DNA from: the human T2T-CHM13v2.0 reference genome, Homo sapiens | Length of the DNA stretch: 64,000 bases | NCBI RefSeq assembly: GCF_009914755.1 | Contig: NC_060935.1 | Reading direction: 5' to 3' (one strand) | Made by a program: the position numbers and the translations under genes | Notes under the pieces: model-generated | The model's input: only the letters and a program-made list of their open reading frames with translations | Database searches by the model: none | Told to the model about the DNA's origin: nothing | Shown here: positions 1-13,542 of the stretch, in pieces | Position numbering within the stretch: position 1 is the first letter of the stretch | Layout: the number at the start of each line of letters is the position of its first letter

Positions 1-894
1 TGGATTTCAGCCTGCAACTTACCTCCAGGCCCTTGAGCAGTCAGGTAAAAGTGTGAACTACTAAAAATGTAAATAGTTCATTATCTACTAAAATAAAGAA
101 TTCTAGTTTATTAGCAGTTAATGCTAAGAAATATTGATCTCAAGAGTATTTACATAAGGGAATTGAGTAGCATAATTGGCTATTATGTACTGATAATTCA
201 GTTACTTTTTTTATATGGACCTGAAATAATGGTAGAGAGGGTACTTTTTTGGTATGGGAAGGAGGCAGTGTGGTAAAGTAGAAAGAATCTGACTTTGGTT
301 TAAATATTAATCTTTGCTAGTTATCCTGAGTAGAACATTTTGACACTTACATTATTTACATGACCTTCAAGTACCTACGTTATCAAGTCATTTTGAAGGT
401 TATTTCATAATGTTTGCAGAGCACACTTAATTGTCATTACATTTTAGGTAATTCATAATATTAGTTCCTATCCAGCTGTCTTAACAGTAATGCGATTTTA
501 TAACCCAGGACTGTAACTTAACTCTAACTTTTGTTAGCCATTCACAGAAATTACACAGCAGACTGTAAAAAATTAAGTTTATTGATATGTATTTGTAATA
601 TAGAAATTCAGTAGCATTGCCTAGGATTAGGCTTGAAGGTAGCAAAGGAACATTTTTATATGAAAATCAAAGAGCAAAGTATTTTTCTCAAAAGCAGATT
701 TGGTTCTCCATAAATACCTCATCATATACCTGATTAAAGAAACTGATGAGTTTCATACCACAAAGTTTGTTTGGGCGATGACTTTGCTTAGAAATGAGTT
801 ACTAGTTGGCTTTCTTTTCCATAAAAGAACCATAATGTAATATTTACAGAATGTTTTAAGTTGCAGTAAGACAGCAGCTTAGCCTGCTCTCATG

Positions 895-1164
<270 letters not shown>

Positions 1165-1617
1165 TAGGAGAATACTGGAATTTTGCTATCGTAGACTTCA
1201 GTACTATACTAAGAAATTATTTTGAAATGCTAAAGATTGCCCTTTTATTAATTAGAATGCATCATACTTTGATATCTTTGTAGTTTACTGGTTGAAAAGA
1301 AGCCATTTCTGAAGAGAGGGGAAGAAAATACAAAGGCTTTGAGGTTACAATAAACATAGTGGGTTATAGGACCAGAAAAATAGGTTTGTAGTAGAGTATA
1401 GTATGAAATGAGTTCTGTGAAGTAGGCTTGGCTGCATCACACAATACTTTTTCTACTACTATATTACTCTATTAATATTTAAGGTTCCAGTATGACATTA
1501 AGATGGAGAGATCCAATATACAATTGGCTATTTGAAAAAAGGTGCCTTTCTTTAAATTTATAAAATATTTCTAAGTAAATTCACCTTTTAAAAATAATTT
1601 TTCTCTTTATTCAATAG

Positions 1618-1768
1618 ATTTTATGCTTGGCGGAGCAGATTAAATTCACTGAAGATGTAGAAAATGCTATTAAAGATCATAGTCTTCATCAGATTGAAAC
1701 ACAACTGGTGAATAAGTTAGAGCAATATACTAACATTGATACAAGTTCTGAGGATCCAGGGAATACTG
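1618..1768 (+). CDS. DYNC2H1: exon ~31 (151 nt, phase 0-1), ILCLAEQIKF...DPGNT, linker
   Basis: tcaatag acceptor; G|gtatgg donor; frame continues into the next exon. Confidence 0.93.
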
Positions 1769-1959
1769 GTATGGAAAAGACATTCCCTTTTCTGCCTGGT
1801 TTTGGGTTATTTTTTGGTATTCTATCCTAATTTACCTATTGTGTTTTTGACTGTATATCTGTGTTGGTGATTACTCGAGGAATTACAACATATATACTTA
1901 AATTTTTATAATGTACTTTGAATCAGTAATTTACTAATTTAAATAGAATATAGAAACCT

Positions 1960-4250
1960 TACTACCATATAGGCTTCTTTATCCTCTCCTTTTAATATTG
2001 TAGTTGTCTTAATATTTTACATTTACATACACTGAAAACTCCATGAGATTATGTTATAAATTTTGCTTTTAACCATCAAAGTTATTTGAAAAAACTCGAG
2101 GAGAACAATCTTTTATATATACCTAGATGTTTACCATTTGTTGCCCTTCCTTTATTCCTGATGTTCCAGGTTTCCTTCTGGTGTCATTTTCCTTCTGTCT
2201 AAAGAACTTCTTTTAGTGTTTCTTTTGGAGAAGGTGTCCTAACTCTGAATTCACATAGATTTCCTTCATCCAAGAATGTCTTATTTTACCTTTATTTCTG
2301 AAGAATTTTTCACTGGCTATCCTGGGTTAACAATTCTTTTCTTTTAGCATTTAAAGTGTTCTACTTCCATCTGAGCTATATGTTTTCTGATGAGGAATCC
2401 ACAGTCATTTGAGTTGTTATTCTTCTATAAGTAATACATTACTTTTTTTTTCTGGCAGCATTCAAGATTTTCTCATATTCTTTAGTTTTCAGTAGTTTGA
2501 TTATGATATAGACACATCTTTGCATTTATTCTCTTTGGGGTTGTCTCAGCTTCAATCTGTACATTTGTTTTTCACCAAAATCTGGGAAGCTTTTGGCTCT
2601 TATTTCTTCAAACATTCTTCCTGTACTATACTCTTTCTCCTATATTCTGAGTTTCTCATGACATGGATGTTAGACCTTTTGGCATGGGTTTGGATCTCTG
2701 AGGCGCTGCCTTTTTTTTTTTTTTTTTTTTTTTGATTTTTCCTCTTTATTAGCCTGCATAATTTCTACTGCTCTGTCTTCAAGTTCACTGCCTCTTTCCT
2801 TTATTATTTCCATTTCAATATTAAGTCCATTCAGTGATTTTCAAAGAATTTTTCAGCTTTAAAATTTCTATTTATTTATATTTTTTATTCCTTTGCTGAG
2901 ATATTCTGTCTTTCCACTTGTTTCAAAAGTCTTCACCTTTTACTTCTTGTACTTCTTAGAGCACTTTTATAATAGGGCTTTAAAGTATTTTTTTTTTTTG
3001 GAGGGCGGGGACAGGTTCTTGCTCTGTTATCCAGGCTGGAGTGCAGTGGTGAGACTGTGGCTCACTGCAGCCTTGACCTCCTGAGCTCAAGCAATTTTCC
3101 CACCTCAGCCTCCTGGGTAGCTGAGATTACAGACATGTGTCATCATGGCTGGCTGACTTTTTTATTTTTTGTAGAGACATGGTTTTGCCATGTTGCCCGG
3201 GCTGGTTTCAAACTCCTGGGCTCAAGCAGTCCTCCTGCCTCGGCCTCCCAAAGTGGTGGGATTACAGGCATGAGCCTCTTTGCCCGGCAATAATAGTACT
3301 TTAAAGTCTTTTGCAGATAACCTCAACAGGTATGTCATCTAGATACTGGTACTTATTATTGTCTTTTCTTATGTGAATTGAGATTTTCTTGGTTCTTTGC
3401 ATGTTGAATAATTTTGGATGATACCATGGATATTTTGAATATTATGTTATGAGGGTTTGGGTTTTGTTTAAATCCTCTGGAGAACATTGATATTTTTGTT
3501 TTAGTAACTGATCCTGTTGAGTTCAGATTCCAAGTTCTAGCCAGCTTTCTGTGGGTTATGGTTCTGGTGTCAGTCTGTTTTCAAATCTTTGCAGTGCTAT
3601 TTCAGTCTGTCCCACATGTGTTCCCTCGTAGCCAATTCCAGTCTTTGGTTTCTGATTAGAATGAGATCTATTCATGCACCACACCTTGGGAATGAGTCCA
3701 GGAGTTCCTAAAGAAGTTTATGGGGTTATTTTTTCAATCTCCTTCTTCTCCATGATCTTCCCAGCATTTTATGGTTCCCTCAGCCTTCTGTTTTGTTTCT
3801 CTGGCCAGAAAGCTGGGGTTCATGTACTTTATTTTCTTGCACACTTTTGTGCAATTTGGGTTTACCTACTCTCTTGGGATCACAGCTCCTCTGGAGTTTT
3901 AGGGACTTCTGGGTCCCAGCTGCCAGTGGGATAGCTAGCAGAAGACCCCTTTCCTTCTAAAGCCTGAGCTAGAGGTGGTTTTCTAGAGATCTGTCTACAC
4001 CAGTTTCGGTTTCTGGCTGCATTGGGTATGGCCCTAGCGTTGCCAGAAGGGGGGAAAAATACAATGGTAAATCCACCACTGGTTTGGTGTCTCTTCTAAT
4101 TCTGGTCTTCCTCAACCTGCCTGCTACTCTTTTCAGAGTTCTAAATAGCAGTTCAATGTATGTTGTCCAACAGGTTTTTATGCCTGCATTCAGAGGGAGA
4201 AGCAGAGTGGAGTCTGCTTACTCCCTTGAATAAGGAACTGAAACTCTTTT
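1960..4250 (-). mobile_element. Ancient L1M 5'/ORF1-region fragment, interrupted by an AluJ (ends approximate)
   Basis: Pyrimidine-rich antisense L1-ORF1-like text (ttttctgatgaggaatcc; ttcaagattttctc...tttagttttcagtagtttgattatga). Confidence 0.6.
2987..3288 (-). mobile_element. AluJ
   Basis: T tail and cactgcagccttgacctcctgagctcaag; diverged TSD ataatag..ctttaaagt. Confidence 0.9.
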
Positions 4251-4476
4251 CTCTTGGAATTTTGATATCTTAATTTTTATACTCAAAATTCTTATTTTTT
4301 ACTTACTGGTAGATTTGACTTTTTTAGCTTATGTGATTTGTATTACTATACCATTCATATGTGTCATGAAATTACCATTTAAATTCATGGAGAAATCACC
4401 TGTACACGTAATCATAAATTATATAAATCACAGGCTAACATTTTCTCCAATTGTCAATATTTTTATTTCTGCCTAG

Positions 4477-4682
4477 AATCGGGCATCCTGGAGCTTAAAC
4501 TTAAAGCCCTAATTCTTGACATTATCCATAATATTGATGTGGTAAAGCAGTTAAACCAAATTCAGGTTCATACAACTGAAGACTGGGCTTGGAAAAAACA
4601 ACTTAGATTCTATATGAAAAGTGATCATACATGTTGTGTTCAAATGGTGGATTCTGAATTTCAGTATACTTATGAATATCAG
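4477..4682 (+). CDS. DYNC2H1: exon ~32 (206 nt), ESGILELKLKALILD...YTYEYQ
   Basis: gcctag acceptor; CAG|gtatga donor; conserved WKKQLRFY and YTYEYQ. Confidence 0.95.
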
Positions 4683-5829
4683 GTATGAGTTGTGGCAGTG
4701 TTTTATATTTCCAATTAGAAATTATTTACTGTAAAGAAAATTTGTTATTGGTAGAAATACTTTTTTATTTAAGTAGTAATTTTTCCATAATATTTTTAGT
4801 ATTATTGTCTTGTTTAATCAGAATTAGAAAGGTGTCACATAAGAAAAAAGTGAAACTTCATTCTATATACAAAAAAGTTAAAATATTGCTAGTATTGTAC
4901 TGAATTCTCAAAAATGTACCTTTTCTTGGAGTTGCATTTATATACAATTTGAAATATATCTTCATCCAAGGAGAACTGAATATAGACAACCTCAGTCAAA
5001 GCAATTTGGTTTGTGTCTCCTTATACAAGGCAAAAATTAGTGTTATTTTAAATATGCTAAAATGTTTGCTAAATATTTTTTAGTTTGTAAGATGAAAAAA
5101 TTTTCAGACAAATAACCTAGTTAATGTAAACATGTTCTCAAAAATTCCACCTGTTGCCTCTGCCTTTTTCTATCATAATGAATGAATCATCAAAATATAT
5201 TTGAAAATATTGTTAATAAACCTATGTTAGGAGAGCTGCCAAATGGCTTTTTCAAAAGGGAAATGTATTTGGGACCCAAATCTATCTACCTCAATTGAGG
5301 AAAAACACACTGTAAATTGTAGCTGGAATGGGAGTCTGTTTTCCCTACAGTTTAGTAGAAACTTTGAGAATTATTTGATAAATTACATGATTAATTTCTT
5401 AAGGAATTTTTCAAATTCATTACACTTTGTGATCTCCAAAATAGTTCTGATTTGTGGATATCATAAGAGTCAAGGAAATAGTTTATATAAATTTTAAAAT
5501 ATGAAATGGGATGATTACTGTATAATAATTTTGGATTTCTTTTCCTTAGAAGTATATCTTTGTGCCATTAACAAGAACTTGAGAAACAATTTTGAAACCT
5601 AACAATGTATTGAGTATAGTATGAAATACTTTCTTGAAAAATAAGTTTGATTTCAGCTTGTGTTTAGAAAGCTTCTTTCACTAGAAAAAATTTTGGATAT
5701 TTTTCTGTGTTAAAAACTTTAACCTGTTTGTTGCATTTTTATCTTTTTAACTACAATCTCATGCTGTAAAAATATTTGTAAATGTTGAATAGAACATGAA
5801 TACTCTGACTTTGTGTTGTTCTTGTATAG

Positions 5830-6012
5830 GGTAATGCTTCCAAACTGGTTTATACTCCACTGACAGACAAGTGCTACTTAACTCTCACTCAAGCCATGAA
5901 GATGGGACTTGGAGGAAATCCTTATGGACCAGCTGGAACTGGGAAAACGGAATCAGTAAAGGCTTTAGGTGGACTTCTTGGAAGACAAGTTTTAGTCTTT
6001 AATTGTGATGAG
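5830..6012 (+). CDS. DYNC2H1: exon ~33 (183 nt), AAA1 Walker A GPAGTGKT
   Basis: gtatag acceptor; GAG|gtagaa donor; [16 protein letters not shown]...VFNCDE. Confidence 0.96.
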
Positions 6013-6607
6013 GTAGAATAAATAATTATCAAAATATGTAACAATGGGTTAATCATATTTAGATTAGTTTCTATTAGTATATGAAATACTCTACTTAAAA
6101 ATCACTACATTTAAATTAGTTGAAGACAGAATTTGTTTAAATTGAAATGTAAAATGGACAGAGGTTGTACGTAGTATAGTCCAAAACTTCTCTAAGAATT
6201 ATGGCAAAGAAATAATTTTAAATACAGAATGAAGATTTATATTACATTGAAGAAAAATGTTTTTAGTAAAGAGAATAATACAAAAGGAAAAATCTTCTGT
6301 TCATTTCAGATGACAGTTTTAAAAACATTTTGTATGTAATTTGTATTTTGACTTAAAGAGTAACTAACACAAATCTTGTATTTTTTCTGCAAGCTTTTTA
6401 GAACACTTTCACATGCATTATTTTGTTTATCCCTTGAAATCAACCTGGGTTTTGAAAGAGTAGCTACTTAATCCGTATTTTAAAATGAGCAAAAGAGGCA
6501 TAGATGGGATAAATTATCACCTTATCAATAAGTAACATTAAATATTAAGTAGTTATGGAGATTTTGATTATTTTTTAATGACTATAATTTTTATTGTTGT
6601 TTTTAAG

Positions 6608-6790
6608 GGCATCGATGTGAAGTCAATGGGACGAATATTTGTTGGTTTGGTGAAGTGTGGGGCCTGGGGTTGTTTTGATGAATTTAATAGGCTGGAAGAA
6701 TCTGTACTGTCAGCAGTTTCTATGCAAATCCAGACAATTCAAGATGCTTTGAAGAATCATAGAACTGTATGTGAACTGCTTGGCAAGGAG
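6608..6790 (+). CDS. DYNC2H1: exon ~34 (183 nt), AAA1 Walker B CFDEFNR
   Basis: ttttaag acceptor; GAG|gtatag donor. Confidence 0.96.
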
Positions 6791-6918
6791 GTATAGAATA
6801 TGTTGGGAATTTAAAGAATTAAAATATTTTGTAAGACTTGATATTACTCATACTTAAGCAATATTCTCTTTTTATTTCTCCTGACATCCGTGTTTCTAAT
6901 CTGTAACCTGTGTTGTAA

Positions 6919-7276
<358 letters not shown>

Positions 7277-7359
7277 CATTATTCATTTTTAAACTTTCCA
7301 TTTTGGATAATTCAGTTATAATAATATTTATATTGTTGTATTATATATTATTCTATTGT

Positions 7360-7610
7360 CTGTGCTGACATTGTTCACAGTGCCTTAATGTATTGTCTCA
7401 TTTAATAATTACCACAACCCTTTGAAGTAGGTGCTATTATTTTTTTCCCTGCTTTGTGGCTGAAGAAACTAGGACTTGATAAGTAAGAGTAAGAAGTGGA
7501 GCTAGGAATTGAACCCAGGTCTGTCTAATTCTGAAGCACATTTTTTTTTGTTTAACCTTCAAGCATAGGAGCAGAATGAAGCACATGTTTTTGATCATTA
7601 TTCTATATGA
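7360..7610 (-). mobile_element. MIR, interrupted at 7548-7576
   Basis: ctcatttaat..ccacaacccttt..gtaggtgctattatt..gaagaaact..ggaattgaacccaggtctgtct. Confidence 0.75.
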
Positions 7611-8803
7611 ATGTTAAAACAACAAACACTTAGCTATTTTGTTCCTCACTTCTCCAAATAGGAGATATACATTAATGTCACTAGAATATAAATTCGTTTG
7701 TACAGAAAACGTAAACTTTTTTATATAATGTGGATTGCTGAATACAGGAAGTTGTAAGAACTAAGAAATTATCATGTTATATAAAATAACATTTTAACAG
7801 TACATAGTTTTCTAGGTAGCCCAAGAATGTAAGACCAGTTCTAAATTGTTAACATGTTGTTTATGTGATGTTTAAACTCTTCACAAAGAAAAAGAGAAGA
7901 AACTATTAAGTGAGAATTACCTGCCTTCAAGATTTAGTTTCTTCTACATTCACTTTTTTTTCTTCTCTTACAAAGAAAGAGTTGTCTTTTCTCCCAACCA
8001 GTACTAATCTTTTCACCTGTACTTTGGAATCCTCTTCCCTGGGACCTTATTATCCCTTGTGCTATAGCTTCAGTCTTCCCTCCTCTACCAATTCCTCATT
8101 AGGTTTTAAACATAATCACATCTTTTTCATCTTAATAATAACTAAAACATAAACAAACCTTCCCTGATTTATATTTCTTCTTTCTCTTTTCTTTCCTTTG
8201 TAGCTAGATTTCTTGGTTTTTCTACTCTAGATGCTTCTACTTACTAATTGCCCATTCATTGTTTACACATTCTAATTTAGCTTCTATTCTTAGGGTTTTG
8301 CTGAAAATCCTCCTACTAAGTGCTGTTATCACATTCAGTTCTTCCCTGTCATAATATTTATTACACTATGATTGCCTCTCTGTAATACCAGATAGACTCT
8401 GAGCTCCAGAGTGGCTTAAAGTATTATTTAGTTCAGTTGTCTCTGTGTACTTAACAAAGTGTTTAGTACTAAGAAGGCTTTTAGTAAACATATATTTAAT
8501 GTATAAATAGATAATGAAATTAGTATCTCTTAAACATTCAGCCTCAAAAAACTGATTATAAATAAACTCTGCAAAGCAGTGTAGGTCTTAAGGAATTTAT
8601 CATATATTGAGTAAGGAGATGGTTAGTACATTGGAGGTTACCTTTACCTAAGGTATAAGATTTATGTGTAGTAATATGTCACAATAAAATTCTGTTGGCA
8701 GCATATTTTATGTTTATAGTTTCAAATATAAACGATGCCTATATGTTAAATATTTTAACTTAATATTTAATATTTAAATTAATATTTTTAATTAATATTT
8801 CAG

Positions 8804-9027
8804 GTAGAAGTAAATTCTAATTCTGGAATTTTTATCACTATGAATCCTGCTGGAAAAGGTTATGGAGGAAGACAAAAACTGCCTGATAATCTTAAACAGC
8901 TTTTCAGGCCCGTAGCTATGTCTCATCCAGACAATGAGCTTATTGCAGAAGTTATTCTCTATTCGGAAGGCTTTAAAGACGCTAAAGTATTGAGCAGAAA
9001 ATTGGTAGCTATTTTCAATCTATCTAG
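8804..9027 (+). CDS. DYNC2H1: exon ~35 (224 nt), [26 protein letters not shown]
   Basis: tttcag acceptor; AG|gtgagt donor; AAA1 sensor-I region. Confidence 0.96.
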
Positions 9028-9776
9028 GTGAGTTTTCTTGTTCTAAATATTTTTATATTTTACATTTCTAATGATTGATTTTGGTTATTAGTGATCATTT
9101 TCATATTTTCTCAATTCACCTATTGCATGATTTTTATTCTGATGATTTTATTGTACTTATAGTGTAGCTATGAAAGGCTTTAGCATGCACATAAAAATAT
9201 TGGTTCAAAACTACTTGCTTTTCTTAAATATTATTAATTTGATCAGTTTTTTTTCTTCAAAATGTTTATATTAGAGTGCTTCAGCTAAATGATTCTTACT
9301 GAACTAATTTATCAGCTGACCACTCACAAACTACTGTTCTTTGGAAAGAATCCTTCACAATTTTTCTTATGTCTTATTTCTAGTAATAGAAACTGACATT
9401 TAGCTTCTTTGGGACAATGTACAATTCTCTTCCATATCACTTAAGAGATAATGGTGAACTAGACAGTGTCAGAGATTGAGAGCAAGATGGATTGATTAAA
9501 GGCTTTAGGCATTAGGGTAACAGGTAATTGTCATTTGGTGTCTTCATTAAGATAATTAGCTTGTTCATAAAAGCTTTATCCTACCCTTGAGAACCGTCCA
9601 TCTTTAACAGCTTACTTGAATGATTATTTTGTGTGGTTGCTTCCCTTATATAAATTAATGGGATATCAACATTCATTTCTATGTGTCAGTGTTATATTCT
9701 GTATTTCTTTGGATGTTATGATGAAAGTAATTTCTTCTAGCTATTTGATGTGTTGATTTCCATGTCTCTATTTCAG

Positions 9777-9892
9777 GGAACTTTTGACACCTCAGCAACA
9801 TTATGATTGGGGTTTGAGAGCTTTGAAGACAGTTCTGAGAGGAAGTGGAAATCTCCTTAGACAGCTAAACAAAAGTGGCACTACACAGAATG
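9777..9892 (+). CDS. DYNC2H1: exon ~36 (116 nt), QQHYDWGLRALKTVL
   Basis: tttcag acceptor; G|gtatga donor; AAA1 sensor-II motif. Confidence 0.95.
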
Positions 9893-9924
9893 GTATGATT
9901 GATTATTCCAAATACATTAACTTA

Positions 9925-10800
9925 TTTTTAAAAACATAAGCGTTAATTTAGAATAGTTTGAGATTTACAGAAAAGTTGTAGATACAATATTAAGGATTAC
10001 TGTATACCCTGCCCCAATTTCTACTGTTGTTAACATCTTTCATTAGTGTGGTATATTTGTCACAACTAATGAATCAACTTTGATACATTGTTTTTAAACT
10101 AAATTTCCTACTTTATTCAGGTTTTCTCCAGTTTTTACCTGACGTCTTATAACTTTTAATGTGTGTTAAATATTAAATAGTTGTAATATGTAAAGTCCAC
10201 TTGTTCTTTAACTTCAATGTCCATTGGAATCACCCAGTGGCTTGTTAAAACAGATTATTAGACCCCACCCCCAAAGGTCCTGATTCAGTAGGTGTAGAGT
10301 AGAGCCTGATAATTTGTCTTGTCTTGAAACAAGAACAGAAACCTTAGAAACACATGTAGGATTTTCTCTTTCTAAAGCTAGTATATTATGATTAGACTAG
10401 GTTATAAATGTTTGGAAAGAATACCGCAGAGGTGGAGTGTCTTTCTTACCGCGTCATATCAGTGGGTATATAACAACCATATGACATCACTAGTTATGTT
10501 AACCTTCATCACCTGGCTATGGTAGTGTTGCCAGGTTTCTCCAATGTGAAGTTATTTTCTACCCTCCTGGCTTTATTCTTTGGAATCATGTTAATAAATC
10601 TAGCTTACTCTCAGAGTGGCAAGGAAAGGATTAAGCTCCACTCCTTGCGGGGTTTGGGGGGGTGGGGTGGGGTGGGGGGTAGTATCTTCATATATTATTT
10701 GAAATTCTTCTGTAATGAAGATTTATCTTTTCTGCCTCATTTATGTATTCATTAACTCATTTATTTAGCTCAATACAGACTCATATATATGTGCTATACT
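9925..10800 (-). mobile_element. L1MC-type 3'UTR fragments with an intervening MER5
   Basis: tttagaatagtttgagatttacagaaaagttg and ttgccaggtttctccaatgtgaagtta resemble L1MC 3' ends. Confidence 0.65.
10205..10320. mobile_element. MER5A-like hAT-Charlie fossil
   Basis: gaatcacc..gcttgttaaaacagatt..gaccccacccc..ctgattcagtaggt. Confidence 0.75.
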
Positions 10801-11469
10801 TTCCTCATATAAAAAAATGGTTTTTTATTCACATAAAAATAATGATTTCCCCCACCTGTGGAGGTATACGTTCATGAAAGGCTGAATAATCAGTTTCTTC
10901 AGGTTGCTATTGAAAACTAAGTTAAAACACTATGAAAGTAGAGACAACATAGAAAAAAGGACCACATGAAATTACCTCTTTGGACTTTAAATGATCAAAG
11001 TGTGTCTCTTAAAAATGGCATCTACATTAGCTGTATTATTAGGTTGGCGTATGCCTGGGTAGATATAGTTATTTTGTGAGTGTTTATGTTACTATTTTTT
11101 AATTGTCTATATTTGGTGATTTTTAAGAAATATTTAAACCATACCTGTAATAAGTAAAGATGGCTTATGAGTTCAGTGCTTGAAATAAGCTTTAGAGAAG
11201 TCCAGACTTTTTATGTGTACTTAAGCATGGAAATATTAAGCAATTATAGAGGAAATGCCAGGCAAATAGTTTCTTTGACTTTATGTATCTTACCAATCAG
11301 CAGCTAATATCTGTGAAAATAAGAGTCTGGCAGTGGTATCAGTATTTGCATTTGGCTTAAGAATGGGTTTGTGAACCAAATTTGAACAAGGCTGATCAAA
11401 GATTGTTGCGCAGTTTGTTAGTTGTTTATCTTAGGACATAAACTGTGAGACGATATTGGTATATTTGGA

Positions 11470-11690
11470 GAGGCACCTGAATTTAGAATTAGTTTATCTG
11501 GAATTGAATCTTAGCTGTAATATTGCTGTGCCTTTTCTGAAAGTCACTTAAACCTTCAGAGACTTAACATTCTCATGTGTAAAATTGGAATAACAATAGT
11601 AATACTTTTTAACCTACTTTATAGGGTTGTTAAAAGGATTACATCATATAATATAAAAGGTGAAGTACTATGCAAATATTAGTGATAATG
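11470..11690 (+). mobile_element. MIR
   Basis: aagtcacttaaacct..ttctcatgtgtaaaattggaataacaatagta..atagggttgtt core. Confidence 0.7.
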
Positions 11691-11956
11691 ATTTTTATTA
11701 TTAATTAAAGTCTTGGTACCCTGTGATCTGAATTCTATGGGAAAGAGTTTATAACTGTACTTAGTGATATTTACTTTTTAGCAGTCAAAAGATATTAAAG
11801 TAAGCTTGCCAATTCATGTGATGTAATGTCTTTAAATGTTACTAAATTCTAGTGCATTTAATGATTAATAATGCATATCAAGGCTATAGAATATTTAAAA
11901 ACTTTTTTCATCATTAAAGTAATAATAAATAATTTTAAAATGAAACTTTTTTCTAG

Positions 11957-12156
11957 CTAATGAAAGTCATATTGTGGTACAAGCACTGAGGCTTAATACA
12001 ATGTCAAAGTTTACGTTTACTGATTGCACCCGGTTTGATGCACTGATAAAAGATGTCTTTCCGGGAATTGAATTGAAAGAAGTGGAATATGATGAACTAA
12101 GTGCTGCATTAAAGCAGGTCTTTGAAGAGGCCAATTATGAAATTATACCCAATCAG
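11957..12156 (+). CDS. DYNC2H1: exon ~37 (200 nt), ANESHIVVQALR...IIPNQ
   Basis: ttctag acceptor; CAG|gtaact donor. Confidence 0.95.
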
Positions 12157-12429
12157 GTAACTGTCAAGAATATTTTATAATAGATTGATCCCTTTTCCTA
12201 GTTGATTCCTTATTAACTATCCTTGTCCTTCATCTTTCAACTTATCTTTTATCTTTCAACTTAGATCTCACTTGCTCAGGGAAGTCTTCCCAGATCTTCA
12301 AGTCCTGATTTGATCTTCTTGCTGTGTGCTCTTATCAAATATTCTTGTTTCATGTTTGTGTGTTTAATATTGATTCTCCTCCACCATAAAGTAATCTCCG
12401 TGAAAGGCAGGATCCATGTATATATATAT

Positions 12430-12727
12430 TTTATTTTTATTTTTTGAGACAGAGTCTTGCTTTGTCGCCCAGGCTGGAGTGCGGTGGTGTGATCTCGGCC
12501 CACAGCAACCTCTGCCTCCCAGGTTCAAACAATTCTCCTGCCTCAGCCTCCTGAATAGCTGGGATTACAGGTGCACACCACCACACCTGGCTAATTTTTA
12601 TATTTTTAGTAGAGATGGCATTTCACCATGTTGGCCAGGCTGGTCTCGAACTCTTGACCTCAGGTGATCTGCCCACCTTGGTCTCCCAAAGCACTGGGAT
12701 TACAGGCCTGAGCCACCGCATCTGGCC
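12430..12727 (-). mobile_element. AluS inserted in an L2 remnant (L2 ~12200-12990 with GAAT tail)
   Basis: Full dimer; TSD-like atccat(g)tatatat; (GAAT)n at ~12938-12995. Confidence 0.9.
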
Positions 12728-13277
12728 ATCCATATATATTTTTGCTCACCATTTCATTTCTATTGCCTGTTATAGTACCTAATGTGTAATGGATTCATCA
12801 TTTTTTTATAATTGATTATATATATGATTTAGTTTCATTTTGATAATTTATTAGGATTTTAAGTGAGTCTCTTTATGTAGTGCAAATAATTGTCCAAAAT
12901 TAGCACTTTGCCCTCAGTTTTGGAGAGAAGTAAGATAAGAATGAATGAATGAATGAATAAGTGAATAAAATAATGAATATATTTGAATGAGTGAATGAGT
13001 GGAGCAAGTAACGAACATAATTGTTCATACAAGTTTTTTGAACTTGGAAACCTGGAAAGCACCTTTGTTTCTTTTAAAGAAATATTGAAGTATTTAAAGA
13101 TTATATTGTAAATATGTTCAGATTTATTTAGGTAGTCTATTACATTTTAGGCAATACCTTCCACTGAAGAAATCAAAGGCTTAATTTACACATTAGAACA
13201 AGTGTTACAGAATAAAAGCAGAACTAAGTATGATTGAATATTATAAATCATATATGAACATATTTCTTTCCTACTAG

Positions 13278-13542
13278 ATCAAAAAGGCTTTAGAATTGTA
13301 TGAACAGTTATGCCAGAGGATGGGAGTTGTTATTGTTGGTCCAAGTGGTGCTGGAAAATCAACGCTTTGGAGAATGTTAAGGGCTGCGCTTTGTAAAACT
13401 GGCAAAGTAGTGAAACAATATACTATGAATCCCAAAGCTATGCCTCGATATCAATTATTAGGCCATATTGACATGGACACAAGAGAATGGTCTGATGGTG
13501 TTTTGACAAATAGTGCTCGTCAAGTGGTTCGGGAACCTCAAG
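13278..13542 (+). CDS. DYNC2H1: exon ~38 (265 nt), AAA2 Walker A GPSGAGKS
   Basis: tactag acceptor; G|gttagt donor; MNPKAM...[10 protein letters not shown]. Confidence 0.96.

Noticed and set aside
5-50. Possible 34-nt micro-exon (ttcag...CAG|gtaaaa) and a minus-strand AG|GTAAGT
   Set aside because: The upstream context is cut off by the window edge, the length is frame-breaking, and such motifs occur by chance.
2711-2733. Long poly(T) runs here and at ~38016-38036 as possible processed-pseudogene tails
   Set aside because: No adjoining mRNA-like body or TSD was seen, so these are simple homopolymer expansions.
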